The translations under genes and the position numbers were made by a program. A stretch of DNA of 60,502 bases, the filler included, from Sandaracinaceae bacterium (GTDB taxonomy: Bacteria > Myxococcota_A > Polyangia > Polyangiales > JADJQN01): NCBI GenBank assembly GCA_947483975.1. It is 7 parts of 7 records of this genome, joined end to end, with 100 filler letters (N's around TTAATTAATTAA, not from the genome) between each part and the next. Parts side by side here need not be neighbours in the genome. Positions count along the whole stretch, not along the records: positions 34,816 to 43,357 come from CANKOL010000232.1; positions 43,458 to 51,958 come from CANKOL010000233.1; 5 more parts are not named here. The stretch is one strand, 5' to 3'. The notes below the pieces were generated by a model. That model was given only the letters and a program-made list of their open reading frames with translations, did no database searches and was not told where the DNA came from. Positions 36,580-46,441 of this stretch are shown piece by piece (the first letter of the stretch is position 1; each line of letters begins with the position of its first letter).

Positions 36580-37274
36580 GCTCGGCACCGGATCCGGCGC
36601 TCGTCGCCGACCTCGCGGGGACGCTCGCGGCCGTGCGCGCGCGCATCGACGCGGCGTGCGCGAGCTGTGGGCGCGACCCCGCGTCGGTCGAGCTCGTCGC
36701 CGTCTCGAAGACCATGCCCGTCGAGGCCGTGCGCGCCGCGTACGCCGCGGGGCAGCGCGTCTTCGGCGAGAACTACGTGCAGGAGCTCGTCGCCAAGGCG
36801 GACGCGTGCGCCGACCTCGCCGACCTCCGCTGGCACTTCATCGGGCACCTGCAGCGCAACAAGGCGAAGGACGTCGTGCACACCGGCGCGACGGTCGAGA
36901 CGGTCGACTCCGCGCGGCTCGCCGAGGCGCTCGCGGAGCGCGCCACGCGCGAGGGGCGCGTGCTCGAGGTGTTCGTGCAGGTGAACGTAGCGGCTGAGCC
37001 CCAGAAGGGCGGCTGCGCGCCCGGGGCGCTCGGCTCGATCGTCGACGCAGTCCGCGCGCTCGGCGCGCTCCGCCTGCGCGGGCTGATGACCGTGCCGCCC
37101 GTCGAGGGCGACCCGCGTCCGTGGTTCGCGCAGCTCCGCGCGCTCGCTCGCCCGCACGGGCTGACGTCGCTGTCGATGGGTATGAGCGCGGACCTCGAGG
37201 CGGCCATCGCCGAGGGCGCGACTCAGGTGCGCGTCGGCACCGCGATCTTCGGCGGGCGCACGTACACCCGCTGA
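36576..37274 (+). CDS. yggS: PLP homeostasis protein YggS
   Basis: LVAVSKT, FGENYVQE, WHFIGHLQRNK, LSMGMSAD, VRVGTAIFG; ATGA overlap with maf. Confidence 0.95.
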   Translation: MSSAPDPALVADLAGTLAAVRARIDAACASCGRDPASVELVAVSKTMPVEAVRAAYAAGQRVFGENYVQELVAKADACADLADLRWHFIGHLQRNKAKDVVHTGATVETVDSARLAEALAERATREGRVLEVFVQVNVAAEPQKGGCAPGALGSIVDAVRALGALRLRGLMTVPPVEGDPRPWFAQLRALARPHGLTSLSMGMSADLEAAIAEGATQVRVGTAIFGGRTYTR

Positions 37275-37319
37275 CGAGTCGCGCGTCGGCCGGAGATGCT
37301 TGGGTGTTAGGCTCGCCCG

Positions 37320-39827
37320 ATGCGTCTACGCCTGCTCTTCCCCTGGGCACTCTGCTTCACCCTGACGTTCGCTGGCTGCGACTGCGGAGGCACCACCACT
37401 CCGACCTCGTCGTGCAGCAGCGTCGCTGACTGCCCGAGCGGCGACAGCTGCGTCGACAATCACTGCGTCCCCACGCCGGACGCCGGCAACGTGGACGCTG
37501 GCCCGGTCGACGCGGGAGACACGGACGCCGGCCCGACGGACGCGGGCCCGATGTGCGCCCACGACGTCGACTGCGTGAGCACGGAGGCGTGCGTCAGCGG
37601 CGCGTGTTGCGCGCGCGCTCAGGCGTGCGGCGCGGCGTGTTGCGGGGCGGGCTCGGTCTGCTTCGCGGGCGCGTGCGTCGTGCCTGGCAGCGTCTGTCGC
37701 ACGACGGCCGACTGCACCACGGGCGAGTACTGCGAGCCCGCGCTCGGGGAGCCGACGGACGGCGGCACGCCGACGGATGGCGGCACGGTGGGACCCGACG
37801 GCGGCGTGTGCTTCGGCAGCGCGCCTCGCGTCGGGCGCTGCGTCGCCTTGCCCCCGCGCTGCGCCGACGACGCGGGCGCTCCGATGCCGGGCGCGCCCGC
37901 GTGCATCTCCGACTGCGAATATCACCCGCCCGTCGGCGAGCTCGACGCGGTCCAGCAGTGGACCTGGGGCCCCGTCGCCGACACCTATCCGAACCGCACC
38001 GACGTCTGGGCGACGCCCACCGTCGGGCGCGTGCACGACACCAACTGCGACGGGCACGTCGACGAGCTCGACCCGCCGAACATCGTCTTCGTCAGCAACA
38101 ACGTCGCGGGCAACTGCTGCCAGTGCAACGGCGCGACGCCGATCAACTGCCAGACGGGCGTGCTGCGCGTGCTCGACGGCGCCACCGGGCGCGAGGTCTG
38201 GTCGCTGAACCACGTCCCGGGCTCGATCGGCTTCGCGGGCACGAGCCTCGCGCTCGGCGACGTCAACGGCGACCACGTGATGGAGATCATCGCCGCGACG
38301 GGCGAGGGCGACGTCGTCATCCTCGACGGCGACGGCGCGCTGCTGATGACGAGCGACCGGCCCATCGCGGGCGTCAACACGACCAGCTTCGGCTGGGGCG
38401 GCGGCCTCGCGATCGCGGACATGGAGGGCGACGGCGCGCCGGAGATCGCGTTCGGTCGCACAGTCTTCACGACGAGCGGCGGCACGCTCACGCGGCGCTT
38501 CGTCGGCACGGGCGGGATGGGCGGCGGCGGCATCAACCAGGCGCTCTCGACGTTCGCGGACGTCGACGGGCTGCCCGGGCTCGAGCTCGTCGCGGGCAAC
38601 ACCGTGTACCGCGCCGACGGCACCGTGCTCTGGACGCGCGCGGGGCTCGCGGATGGCTTCCCCGCCGTCGGGGACCTCGACCGCGACGGGCACCCCGAGG
38701 TCGTGCTGATCACCGGCGGTGACGCCTACGCGCTCGACGGGCTCACCGGCGCGACGGTGCTCGGCCCCTTCACGATCGGCGGCACCGGCGCGGGCGGACC
38801 GCCGACCATCGCCGACTTCGACGGCGCGCCCGACCACCTGCCCGAGATCGGCGTCGCGCAGGCGAACTTCTACTCGGTGATCAAGCCCGACTTCACGGCG
38901 ACCTCGTTCTCGCTGCTCTGGCACACTCCGAACCACGACATGAGTTCGTCGGTCACCGGCTCGACCGTGTTCGACTTCGAGGGCGACGGCATCAGCGAGG
39001 TCATCTACAACGACGAGTGCTTCCTCTGGGTCTTCAGCGGACCGACGGGCGCCGTGCGCTTCGCGGGGCTCACCTCGTCGTTCACGGGCACCGAGGCGTC
39101 GCTCGTCGCGGACATCGACGGCGACGGGCACGCCGAGATGCTGATGATCTCGAACGGCGTCGACCCCGCGACCTGGACCTGCGAGACGGGCTGGCCGACG
39201 ATGCCCGACGGCGTGCGCCCCGCGTGGCATCGCCCGCCGTACACGACCGCGGCGAACCCGGGCTGGCGCGGCATCACCGCGTGGAAGGACCGCGCAGACT
39301 CCTGGGTCGGCACGCGCCCGCTCTGGAACGAGCACACCTATCACGTGACGAACGTCTGCGATGACCACGACGACGCGTGCTCGCCGCCGATGCCGCACGG
39401 CTCGATCCCGGCGTTCGAGACGCCGAACTGGTCCGTGCCGTGGCTCAACAACTTCCGGCAGAACGTGCAGCAGTCGGGGCTCTTCAACGCGCCCGACGCG
39501 ACCATCACGCTGGAGGTCGAGTGCGTCTCGCCGCCCGTCCTGCACGGCTTCGTGCGCAACGTCGGCGCGGCGCTCCTGCCCGCGGGCGTCACCGTCGGCT
39601 TCTACGCGGAGCGCACGCCGGAGGTCACGCTCGGCACCGGCATGACGACGACGCCGCTCTTCCCCGGGCAGGTCGAGGAGGTCACGCTCCCCGTGCCCGC
39701 GGGCTACGACCCGCTGACGGAGAGCTTCCGCGCGGCGATCGTCATCGACCCCGCCGCGCCGACCTTCCGCGAGTGTCGCGACGACAACAACTCGTCGGCG
39801 CCCGCGATGGCGATGTGCATCGGCTAG
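37320..39827 (+). CDS. Cys-rich lipoprotein with VCBS/FG-GAP (DxDGDG) repeats and C-terminal CARDB-like domain
   Basis: FAGC lipobox, DAG linker; repeats GDVNGD, ADMEGDG, GDLDRDG, FDFEGDG, ADIDGDG; WNEHTYHVTN; ECRDDNN. Confidence 0.82.
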   Translation: MRLRLLFPWALCFTLTFAGCDCGGTTTPTSSCSSVADCPSGDSCVDNHCVPTPDAGNVDAGPVDAGDTDAGPTDAGPMCAHDVDCVSTEACVSGACCARAQACGAACCGAGSVCFAGACVVPGSVCRTTADCTTGEYCEPALGEPTDGGTPTDGGTVGPDGGVCFGSAPRVGRCVALPPRCADDAGAPMPGAPACISDCEYHPPVGELDAVQQWTWGPVADTYPNRTDVWATPTVGRVHDTNCDGHVDELDPPNIVFVSNNVAGNCCQCNGATPINCQTGVLRVLDGATGREVWSLNHVPGSIGFAGTSLALGDVNGDHVMEIIAATGEGDVVILDGDGALLMTSDRPIAGVNTTSFGWGGGLAIADMEGDGAPEIAFGRTVFTTSGGTLTRRFVGTGGMGGGGINQALSTFADVDGLPGLELVAGNTVYRADGTVLWTRAGLADGFPAVGDLDRDGHPEVVLITGGDAYALDGLTGATVLGPFTIGGTGAGGPPTIADFDGAPDHLPEIGVAQANFYSVIKPDFTATSFSLLWHTPNHDMSSSVTGSTVFDFEGDGISEVIYNDECFLWVFSGPTGAVRFAGLTSSFTGTEASLVADIDGDGHAEMLMISNGVDPATWTCETGWPTMPDGVRPAWHRPPYTTAANPGWRGITAWKDRADSWVGTRPLWNEHTYHVTNVCDDHDDACSPPMPHGSIPAFETPNWSVPWLNNFRQNVQQSGLFNAPDATITLEVECVSPPVLHGFVRNVGAALLPAGVTVGFYAERTPEVTLGTGMTTTPLFPGQVEEVTLPVPAGYDPLTESFRAAIVIDPAAPTFRECRDDNNSSAPAMAMCIG

Positions 39828-39854
39828 GCGCCGCGCTCTGCGGCGCTATTTCTT
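39828..39854 (+). terminator. Probable intrinsic terminator between convergent genes
   Basis: GCGCCGC-gctct-GCGGCGC hairpin followed by TATTTCTT. Confidence 0.5.
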
Positions 39855-40682
39855 GAGCTTCTCGACCGTCAGCTCGCCGAGCTCTTGAGCGCGGCGAGTG
39901 GCGGCCTCGACGGCGTTCATCAGCGTCGTGCGCAGCCCGCCCGCCTCGAGCGTGTGCAGGCCCGCGATCGCGGTGCCGCCGGGCGAGGTGACCATGTCCT
40001 TGAGGCGCCCCGGGTGCTCGCCCGTGTCGATCAAGAGCTTGGCCGAGCCGAGCACCGTCTGCGCGGCGAGCAGGAGCGCGGAGTCGCGGTGCAGCCCGAC
40101 CTTCACGCCGGCGTCCGAGAGCGCCTCGATGATCAGGAAGATGTACGCGGGGCCCGAGCCGCTCAGCCCCGTCGCGGCGTCCACCAGCGACTCGTCGAGC
40201 TGCACGACGACGCCGACGCTCGAGAAGATCGCGCGCGCGACGGCGAGGTCGTCCGTCGTCGCGTGCGTGCCCGCGGCGATGGCCGTCGCGCCGGCTTCGA
40301 CGATGGCGGGCGTGTTCGGCATCGTGCGCACGACGCGCGTGCCGGGCGGCAGGCGCCCCTCGATCGCGCTGACGGGCACGCCCGCCGCGATGGAGATGAC
40401 GAGCGTCTCCGGGCGCACGGCGCGCTCGATCTGCGTGAGCAGCCGGTCGAAGATCTGCGGCTTGGTCGCGAGCACGACGACGTCGGCCCAGGTCGCGGCG
40501 GAGGCGTTGTCGGTGTTCGTCGCGACGCCGTGCTCGCGCCGGAGCTGCGCGAGGCGGTCCTCGCGCACGTCGGTGACGAGGATGTCCTCGGGCCGACACG
40601 CGTGCGCGCCGAGCAGGCCCTTGATGAGGGCGCCTGCCATGTTGCCGCCGCCGAGGAACGCGATCTTCTTGTCGAGGGTCAT
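39846..40682 (-). CDS. proC: Pyrroline-5-carboxylate reductase
   Basis: FLGGGNMA, SIAAGV, RTMPNTP, TGLSGSGPAY, VTSPGGT motifs. Confidence 0.96.
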   Translation of the reverse strand: MTLDKKIAFLGGGNMAGALIKGLLGAHACRPEDILVTDVREDRLAQLRREHGVATNTDNASAATWADVVVLATKPQIFDRLLTQIERAVRPETLVISIAAGVPVSAIEGRLPPGTRVVRTMPNTPAIVEAGATAIAAGTHATTDDLAVARAIFSSVGVVVQLDESLVDAATGLSGSGPAYIFLIIEALSDAGVKVGLHRDSALLLAAQTVLGSAKLLIDTGEHPGRLKDMVTSPGGTAIAGLHTLEAGGLRTTLMNAVEAATRRAQELGELTVEKLKK

Positions 40683-40761
40683 GGGGGCGCGAAGCTAGCA
40701 CTCTGGCGGAGCCGTCGCCGCGTACTATGTAGCCAGGCGTGCCCACGATGAGCGACGAAGC

Positions 40762-41745
40762 ATGAGCAGCGGACTGATGCAGGGGACGTCGTCGACCGCG
40801 CAGGGGCGCGGCTTCCGGCGCATCGTCATCTTGCTGATCTGGCTCGTCACGGTGCCGACGGCGCTCTTGCTCGTCGTCGGCAGCCTGATGCTGATCTTCA
40901 GCGAGACGAACCTCAACATCGTCTTCGGCATCTTCGTGCTCGCGCTCGTCGGCTTCACCGTCACCGGCATCGTGCTCTCGCTCGTCTACCTGCGGCGCGA
41001 GGCGAACCTCTCGAAGCTGCAGATGGACTTCGTCTCGAAGGTCAGCCACGAGCTGAAGACGCCGCTCACGTCGATCCGGATGTTCGTCGACATGCTGCAG
41101 ATGAAGCGCGTCTCGAGCCCGGCCGAGCTCGAGCAGTGCATCGCCGTCCTGCAGAAGGAGACGACGCGCCTCAACGAGCGCATCGACCGGCTGCTCGACT
41201 GGGGGCGCATGGAGGCGGGGCGGCACGTCTACGATCCGCACGTCGAGAGCGTCGACGACATCATCAAGGAGGCGGCGGCGGTGTTCGACGCGAGCACCGT
41301 CGGGCGCGGCGTCGCGCTCGAGCTGCGCGTCGCGACGGGGCTGCCGAAGGTCTACGTGGACCGCTCGGCGATGGAGGATGCGCTCGTGAACCTGCTGACG
41401 AACGCCTACAAATACTCGGGCGACGACAAGCAGATCTCGATGGGCGCGCGCGCCGACGAGAAGTTCGTCTATCTGTGGGTGAAGGACAACGGCGTCGGGA
41501 TCCCGCGAGGAGAGCAGCGCCGCGTGTTCGAGAAATTCTATCGCGTGGACGAGCGCCTCTCGCGCGCCATCGAGGGCTCGGGGCTCGGGCTCGCCATCGT
41601 GCGGCACATCGTCCAAGGGCACCGCGGGCGCATCGACATCGACAGCGAGCCTGGGCAGGGCAGCACGTTCACCATCGCGCTACCGCACGCGCCGGCGAAG
41701 GCGCTCGCGGCGTCCGCGCAGGCGAGCCCGGAGGCGGTCAAGTGA
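40762..41745 (+). CDS. Sensor histidine kinase (2 TM, very short loop)
   Basis: VSHELKTPL, NLLTNAYKY, DNGVGI, FEKFYR, GSGLGL motifs. Confidence 0.93.
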   Translation: MSSGLMQGTSSTAQGRGFRRIVILLIWLVTVPTALLLVVGSLMLIFSETNLNIVFGIFVLALVGFTVTGIVLSLVYLRREANLSKLQMDFVSKVSHELKTPLTSIRMFVDMLQMKRVSSPAELEQCIAVLQKETTRLNERIDRLLDWGRMEAGRHVYDPHVESVDDIIKEAAAVFDASTVGRGVALELRVATGLPKVYVDRSAMEDALVNLLTNAYKYSGDDKQISMGARADEKFVYLWVKDNGVGIPRGEQRRVFEKFYRVDERLSRAIEGSGLGLAIVRHIVQGHRGRIDIDSEPGQGSTFTIALPHAPAKALAASAQASPEAVK

Positions 41746-42458
41746 GCGCGCCGCAAGAGACGCCCCCGAAGCGCCGCATCCTCGTCGTCGAGGACGATCC
41801 GTCGATCTCGCTCGGGCTGCGCATGAACCTCGAGTCCGAGGGCTACGAGGTCGCGCTCGCGGAGGACGGCGAGGTCGGGCTCACGCGCGGGATGGAGCGC
41901 TGGGACCTGCTGATCCTCGACGTGATGCTGCCGCACGTGAACGGCTTCGAGGTGCTGAAGGCCCTCCGAGCGCGCGGGATCCGCACGCCGGTGATCATGC
42001 TGAGCGCGCGCAACGCGGAGATGGACAAGGTGCTCGGGCTCGAGCTCGGCGCCGAGGACTACGTGACCAAGCCGTTCAGCCTCGCGGAGCTGCTCGCGCG
42101 CGTGCGCGTCGCCTTGCGGCGCACCGTGCCCGAGCGCGGACCGGCGCGGGAGCCGTCGCGCGCCTGGCGCTTCGGGACCGTCGTCGTCGATCCGGAGACG
42201 CGCGAGGTGCGCCGCGGCGGGGAGCTCGTCGACGTCACCGCGAAGGAGTTCGACATCCTCGCGACGCTGCTCGGCGCGGGCGGGCGCGTGCTCTCGAGGC
42301 AGCAGATCTTCGAGGCGGTGTGGGGCGTGAACCATCACGGCACGACCCGCACCATCGACAACTTCCTCGCGCAGCTGCGCGGCAAGCTCGAGGACGACGC
42401 GACCGCGCCGAAGCACCTCGTGACCGTGCGTGGCGTCGGCTATCGGATCGTGGTCTAA
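41742..42458 (+). CDS. OmpR/PhoB-family response regulator
   Basis: ILVVEDD, LDVMLP, DYVTKPF, TRTIDN…LRGKLE…TVRGVGY; GTG overlaps the kinase stop. Confidence 0.93.
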   Translation: MSAPQETPPKRRILVVEDDPSISLGLRMNLESEGYEVALAEDGEVGLTRGMERWDLLILDVMLPHVNGFEVLKALRARGIRTPVIMLSARNAEMDKVLGLELGAEDYVTKPFSLAELLARVRVALRRTVPERGPAREPSRAWRFGTVVVDPETREVRRGGELVDVTAKEFDILATLLGAGGRVLSRQQIFEAVWGVNHHGTTRTIDNFLAQLRGKLEDDATAPKHLVTVRGVGYRIVV

Positions 42459-42464
42459 GCGCGC

Positions 42465-43357
42465 GTGGCGGAAGCAGCGCGCGCAGCAGACGTCGTGATC
42501 ATCGGGGGCGGGCTCGCCGGGCTCGCCGTCTCGCATCACCTCGCGCGCGCCGGCGCCGGGCGGGTGGTGCTGCTCGAGCGGGAGCCGCTCCTCGCCTCGC
42601 ACGCGACGGCGCGCAACGCGGCGATCTTCTTGCCCGTCGAGCGGGATGAGGCGTCGATGCGCCTCGCCGCGCGGCAGGCGCTGCTGCTCGACGGGCTCTT
42701 CGGCGGACGCGCGTGGCTCGAGCCGCGCGGCGCGCTCCTGGTCGCGGACCGCGCGGAGTCTCTGCTCCCCGCGACGCAGGCGGCGCAGGCGGGCGGGCTC
42801 GAGTGCGCGCTGATGGGCGAGGACGCGCTGTTCGACGCCGTGCCGGTGCTGCGCGAGGGCAGGGCGCGGCACGCGCTTCAGCTGCCGGGCAGCGGCGTGC
42901 TCGACGCGCACGCGATCGTCGAGGCGCTGAGCGCGAGCGCGCGCGCGGGCGGCGTCGAGGTGCGCCTCGTGTCCGAGGTGCGGCGCGTGGTTCTGGAGCA
43001 TGGTCGCGTGTCGGGGGTCGAGCTCGCGGACGGCACCTGGCTCACGACGCGGCACCTCGTCATCGCCGGCGGGGCTTGGTCGGAGGGCATCGCGGCGTCG
43101 GCGGGGCTCGGGCTGCCGCTCGCGCCGAGGCGCCGGCACCTGGTGTGGATGGAGGCGCCGCAGAGCGCGCCCGAGTTCGCGCGCGGGCCGGTGGTGTGGG
43201 CGGTGGAGGACGAGGTCTACTTTCGGCCGGAGTCGGGCGGCGTGCTGGCGAGCCCCTGCGACGAGACGCCGCACGAGGCGGGCGTGCCGGAGACGGATCC
43301 CGCCGCGCTCGATCTGCTGGCGCGCAAGCTCCGCGCGCTCGCGCCGCGGCTGCTCGA
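42465..43357 (+). CDS. FAD-dependent oxidoreductase, DAO/sarcosine-oxidase-like (3' truncated)
   Basis: DVVIIGGGLAG, ATARNA, VIAGGAWS, YFRPESGG motifs. Confidence 0.88.
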
Positions 43358-43457
43358 NNNNNNNNNNNNNNNNNNNNNNNNNNNNNNNNNNNNNNNNNNN
43401 NTTAATTAATTAANNNNNNNNNNNNNNNNNNNNNNNNNNNNNNNNNNNNNNNNNNNN
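43358..43457. other. Artificial contig-join spacer
   Basis: N-run with TTAATTAATTAA. Confidence 0.98.
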
Positions 43458-44434
43458 AGCGCGCGCCCCGCGGCGTCGCGCGGAGGCGGGACCTCGCCGT
43501 AGATCGCGAACGGCGTCGGAAGCTCCAGACGCGCGCCGCCGACGCCGACGAAGCGCCCGAGCGTGTCGAGGTCGGCGAGGCCGTCGCCGTCCGCGTCCAC
43601 GAACGGCGACGGGATGGCCACAGTCGCTGCGTTCGGCAGCGCGAGCCCGCGCAGATCGCGCGCGACGAGCCAGCGCGCCGGCCCTGAGGCGAACGCGGCG
43701 TCCTCCGCGAACAGCAGGTCCCTCGAGATCGCCAGCGTGCCGCGCTGTCCAGGCGCGAGCGGCGGCGTGCCGGACGCGCTCGCCATCTCGAGCGAGACGA
43801 CGCGCAGCATCTGTTCCCACTCGCTCCCGGCGACGCCGTCCGTGTCGAGCGTCGCGAGCGCCTTCGTCGCGAATTCGTCGAACAGCGGATAGGCGAGCAC
43901 GGGCCGCGCGACGCCGAGCGCGAGGCGCAGCGGCCGGTAGCCTTGCCGCTGCCCGAGGCGCTCGAGGGAGGCGAGGGCGTCGTCGTCGGTCGCGAGGCGC
44001 GTCAGCAGATCAGCGACCGCTCGCGTCTGCTGCGGGATGGCGTCGTTCGGCGGGTCGTAGAGCGGCAGCACCTGCAAGAGAAAGCGCGAGAGGTCGTCCT
44101 CGAGCGTCGCCGGCAGCGTGCGGTCGAGCGCGTCGACGAGGCGCGCGCGGTTCTGCGCGAGGGCGGCGAGGCGGGGCGGGGTCGTGTCGTCGGCGGCGGC
44201 GGTGTTCCCGCAGAGCCCGCGCGAGCGGCGTCCGCTGACGTCCGATGGATACTCCGTCGAGGCGATCCGCAGGCAGACGACCTTGTAGATCTCCTCGCCG
44301 AGCGTGCCGCGCGCGGGCACGACGCGCGTCGTGTCGAGATCCTCGGCGCAGCCCGTGACCGCCGCGAAGACCGACGCAAGAAGCAGCAGCCGAGGGAGGT
44401 GCTGCAAGACCGTGCTGCGACGAGTGGAAACCAC
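43458..44434 (-). CDS. Hypothetical lipoprotein (3' truncated)
   Basis: VTGC lipobox, DADGDGLAD loop; runs into the spacer. Confidence 0.7.
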
Positions 44435-44555
44435 GCCTCCACGTTACGCTCGGGCGCGCTGTCGCCTCAAGCGCAACTTCGTCGCATTTCTGACGCGTTG
44501 CGTTAGCGTGCCCGCGTCGCCTCGCTTCGGTGCACCTCCTGCTACCGTCCCGGCC

Positions 44556-45650
44556 GTGACTGCCAAAGGCCCCGGGCGCGACCTCGGCATCGACGTGGCG
44601 CGTGGCCTCGCCGTGCTCCTCATGTTTCAGACGCACGCCTACGACGCCTACGTCGCGGCGCCGCACCGCGCGTCGTGGGGCTTCCGCGTCACGCGCGAGC
44701 TCGGCGCTGCGCCGGCGCCGTCGTTTCTGCTGCTCGCGGGCGTCGGCATCGCGCTCGGCGAGCTCGCGATGGCGCGCGCTGGAGCGAGCGTCGCCGCCAT
44801 CCGCGCGCGCTTCGTGCGCCGCGGGCTCGAGGTCGCCGCGACGGGCTACGTCGTCAGCCTGGCGTACGCGCTGATCGACCGCAGCTTCGCGCCCGAGACG
44901 CTGCTCCGCGCCGACATCCTGCACGCCATCGGGCTCAGCATCGCGCTCGTCGCGCCGCTCCTCGTCGGTCGCCCGGGGAGGCCTGGCGTCTACGCAGCGC
45001 TCGGCGTCGTCGCGCTCACGCTCGCGCTGCCGCTCGCGCTCCGCGACACCTTGCAGCGCGCGCTGCCCGCAGGCGCAGGCTGGGCGGGCGCCGCGCTCCG
45101 TGCACCGCTCGCGCTGCTCGTCGACGTCCCGGGCTACTCGCGCTTCCCGCTGTTTCCGCTCGTCGGCTTCACGACGCTCGGCGTGCTCGTCGGTCGCGCG
45201 CTCGCGAGCCTGCCGTCCCCGACGCGCGCAGGACCCGCGCTCGCCGTGCTCGTGCTGTGCATCGTGGGCGCCGGGCTCCTCTCCGTCGCGACCCGCGCCG
45301 CCGTGAGCGCGCTGCCGCTCGGTCCGCTCACGCGCGCGCATCCCGCCGTGATCCTCAACGTCGCGGACGGCACCCTCCGCGCCTGCGCCGTGCTCGCGCT
45401 CGGCCTCGTCCTCGCCGCGCTCTCGCCCGCCCGCGCGCTCTCGCCGCTCGTGCGCCTCGGCCGCGGCTCGCTCCTCGCGTACAGCCTGCACATCCCGGGC
45501 TGCTATGGCGCGCTCGCGCGTCCTCTCGCGCGGCGCTTCGATCTGCTCGGCGCGTCCGGCGTCCTCGCGCTGCTCGCGCTCGCGACCTACCTTGCGGTGT
45601 GGGCGCGCGACGCCGTGCGCGAGGCGCTGCGCGCGCGGCGGGCGCGCTGA
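44556..45650 (+). CDS. DUF1624 / HGSNAT-like membrane acyltransferase
   Basis: RDLGIDVARGLAVLLMFQTH, FLLLAGV, DILHAIG, FPLFP, LGRGSLLAYSLH; multiple TM segments. Confidence 0.8.
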   Translation: MTAKGPGRDLGIDVARGLAVLLMFQTHAYDAYVAAPHRASWGFRVTRELGAAPAPSFLLLAGVGIALGELAMARAGASVAAIRARFVRRGLEVAATGYVVSLAYALIDRSFAPETLLRADILHAIGLSIALVAPLLVGRPGRPGVYAALGVVALTLALPLALRDTLQRALPAGAGWAGAALRAPLALLVDVPGYSRFPLFPLVGFTTLGVLVGRALASLPSPTRAGPALAVLVLCIVGAGLLSVATRAAVSALPLGPLTRAHPAVILNVADGTLRACAVLALGLVLAALSPARALSPLVRLGRGSLLAYSLHIPGCYGALARPLARRFDLLGASGVLALLALATYLAVWARDAVREALRARRAR

Positions 45651-45786
45651 ACTCGCTTCGCCGTGCTCCTCGCGGATTGTCTCGCAGGCGGAACAGTCTC
45701 TTCGCGCGCGGCTGCCTGGCTCCGCCCAGCGCGGAGGCCTATCCAGTCTGCTTCCATTCAGTCGGCTCGACCGACACGGAGAAGAT

Positions 45787-46380
45787 ATGTCCGCCATCGA
45801 CGACGTCGCCTGGAAGCTGCTCCTGACCGACGCGCGCACCCACGTTTCGTGGACGGCTCAGCCCGTCGAAGACGCGCTGCTGCGCCGCCTCTATGACTTG
45901 CTCCGCATGGGCCCGACGGCCCTCAACTGTCAGCCGGCGCGGATCGTGTTCGTCAAGAGCGCCGAGGCCAAGGCTCGCCTCGCGCCCGCGGTCGACGAGG
46001 GCAACCTCGAGAAGATGATGACGGCGCCCGCGACGGCGATCATCGCCTTCGACACCAGCTTCCACGAGCAGCTCGGGACGCTGGTGCCGCACTGGCCAGG
46101 CGCGGTGCAGGCGATCGGCGCGCTGCCGGCCGAGGTGCGCGAGGGCATGGCCCGCCTGAGCGCGACCCTGCAGGCGGGCTATCTGATCACCGCCGCGCGC
46201 GGCCTCGGCCTCGACTGCGGCCCGATGGGCGGCTTCAAGAGCGCGGTGCTCGACGCCGCGTTCTTCCCCGATGGGAAGTGGAAGTCGCTCCTGCTCGTCA
46301 ACCTGGGGCACGGCGATGGCGCGAAGGTCCGCCCCCGCGCGCCGCGCCTCGCGTTCGACGAGGCGTGCCGCATCGAGTGA
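45787..46380 (+). CDS. rutE: Nitroreductase family, malonic semialdehyde reductase-like
   Basis: ARTH, GPTALNCQPARIVFV, GNLEK, LQAGYLITAARGLGLDCGPMGGF, RAPRLAFDEAC motifs. Confidence 0.88.
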   Translation: MSAIDDVAWKLLLTDARTHVSWTAQPVEDALLRRLYDLLRMGPTALNCQPARIVFVKSAEAKARLAPAVDEGNLEKMMTAPATAIIAFDTSFHEQLGTLVPHWPGAVQAIGALPAEVREGMARLSATLQAGYLITAARGLGLDCGPMGGFKSAVLDAAFFPDGKWKSLLLVNLGHGDGAKVRPRAPRLAFDEACRIE

Positions 46381-46441
46381 GCGTCGAGCGCAGCGCTCGA
46401 TGGGCTCTGCGCGTCAGCGGCCTGCGTGCTAAGGCCGCCCG

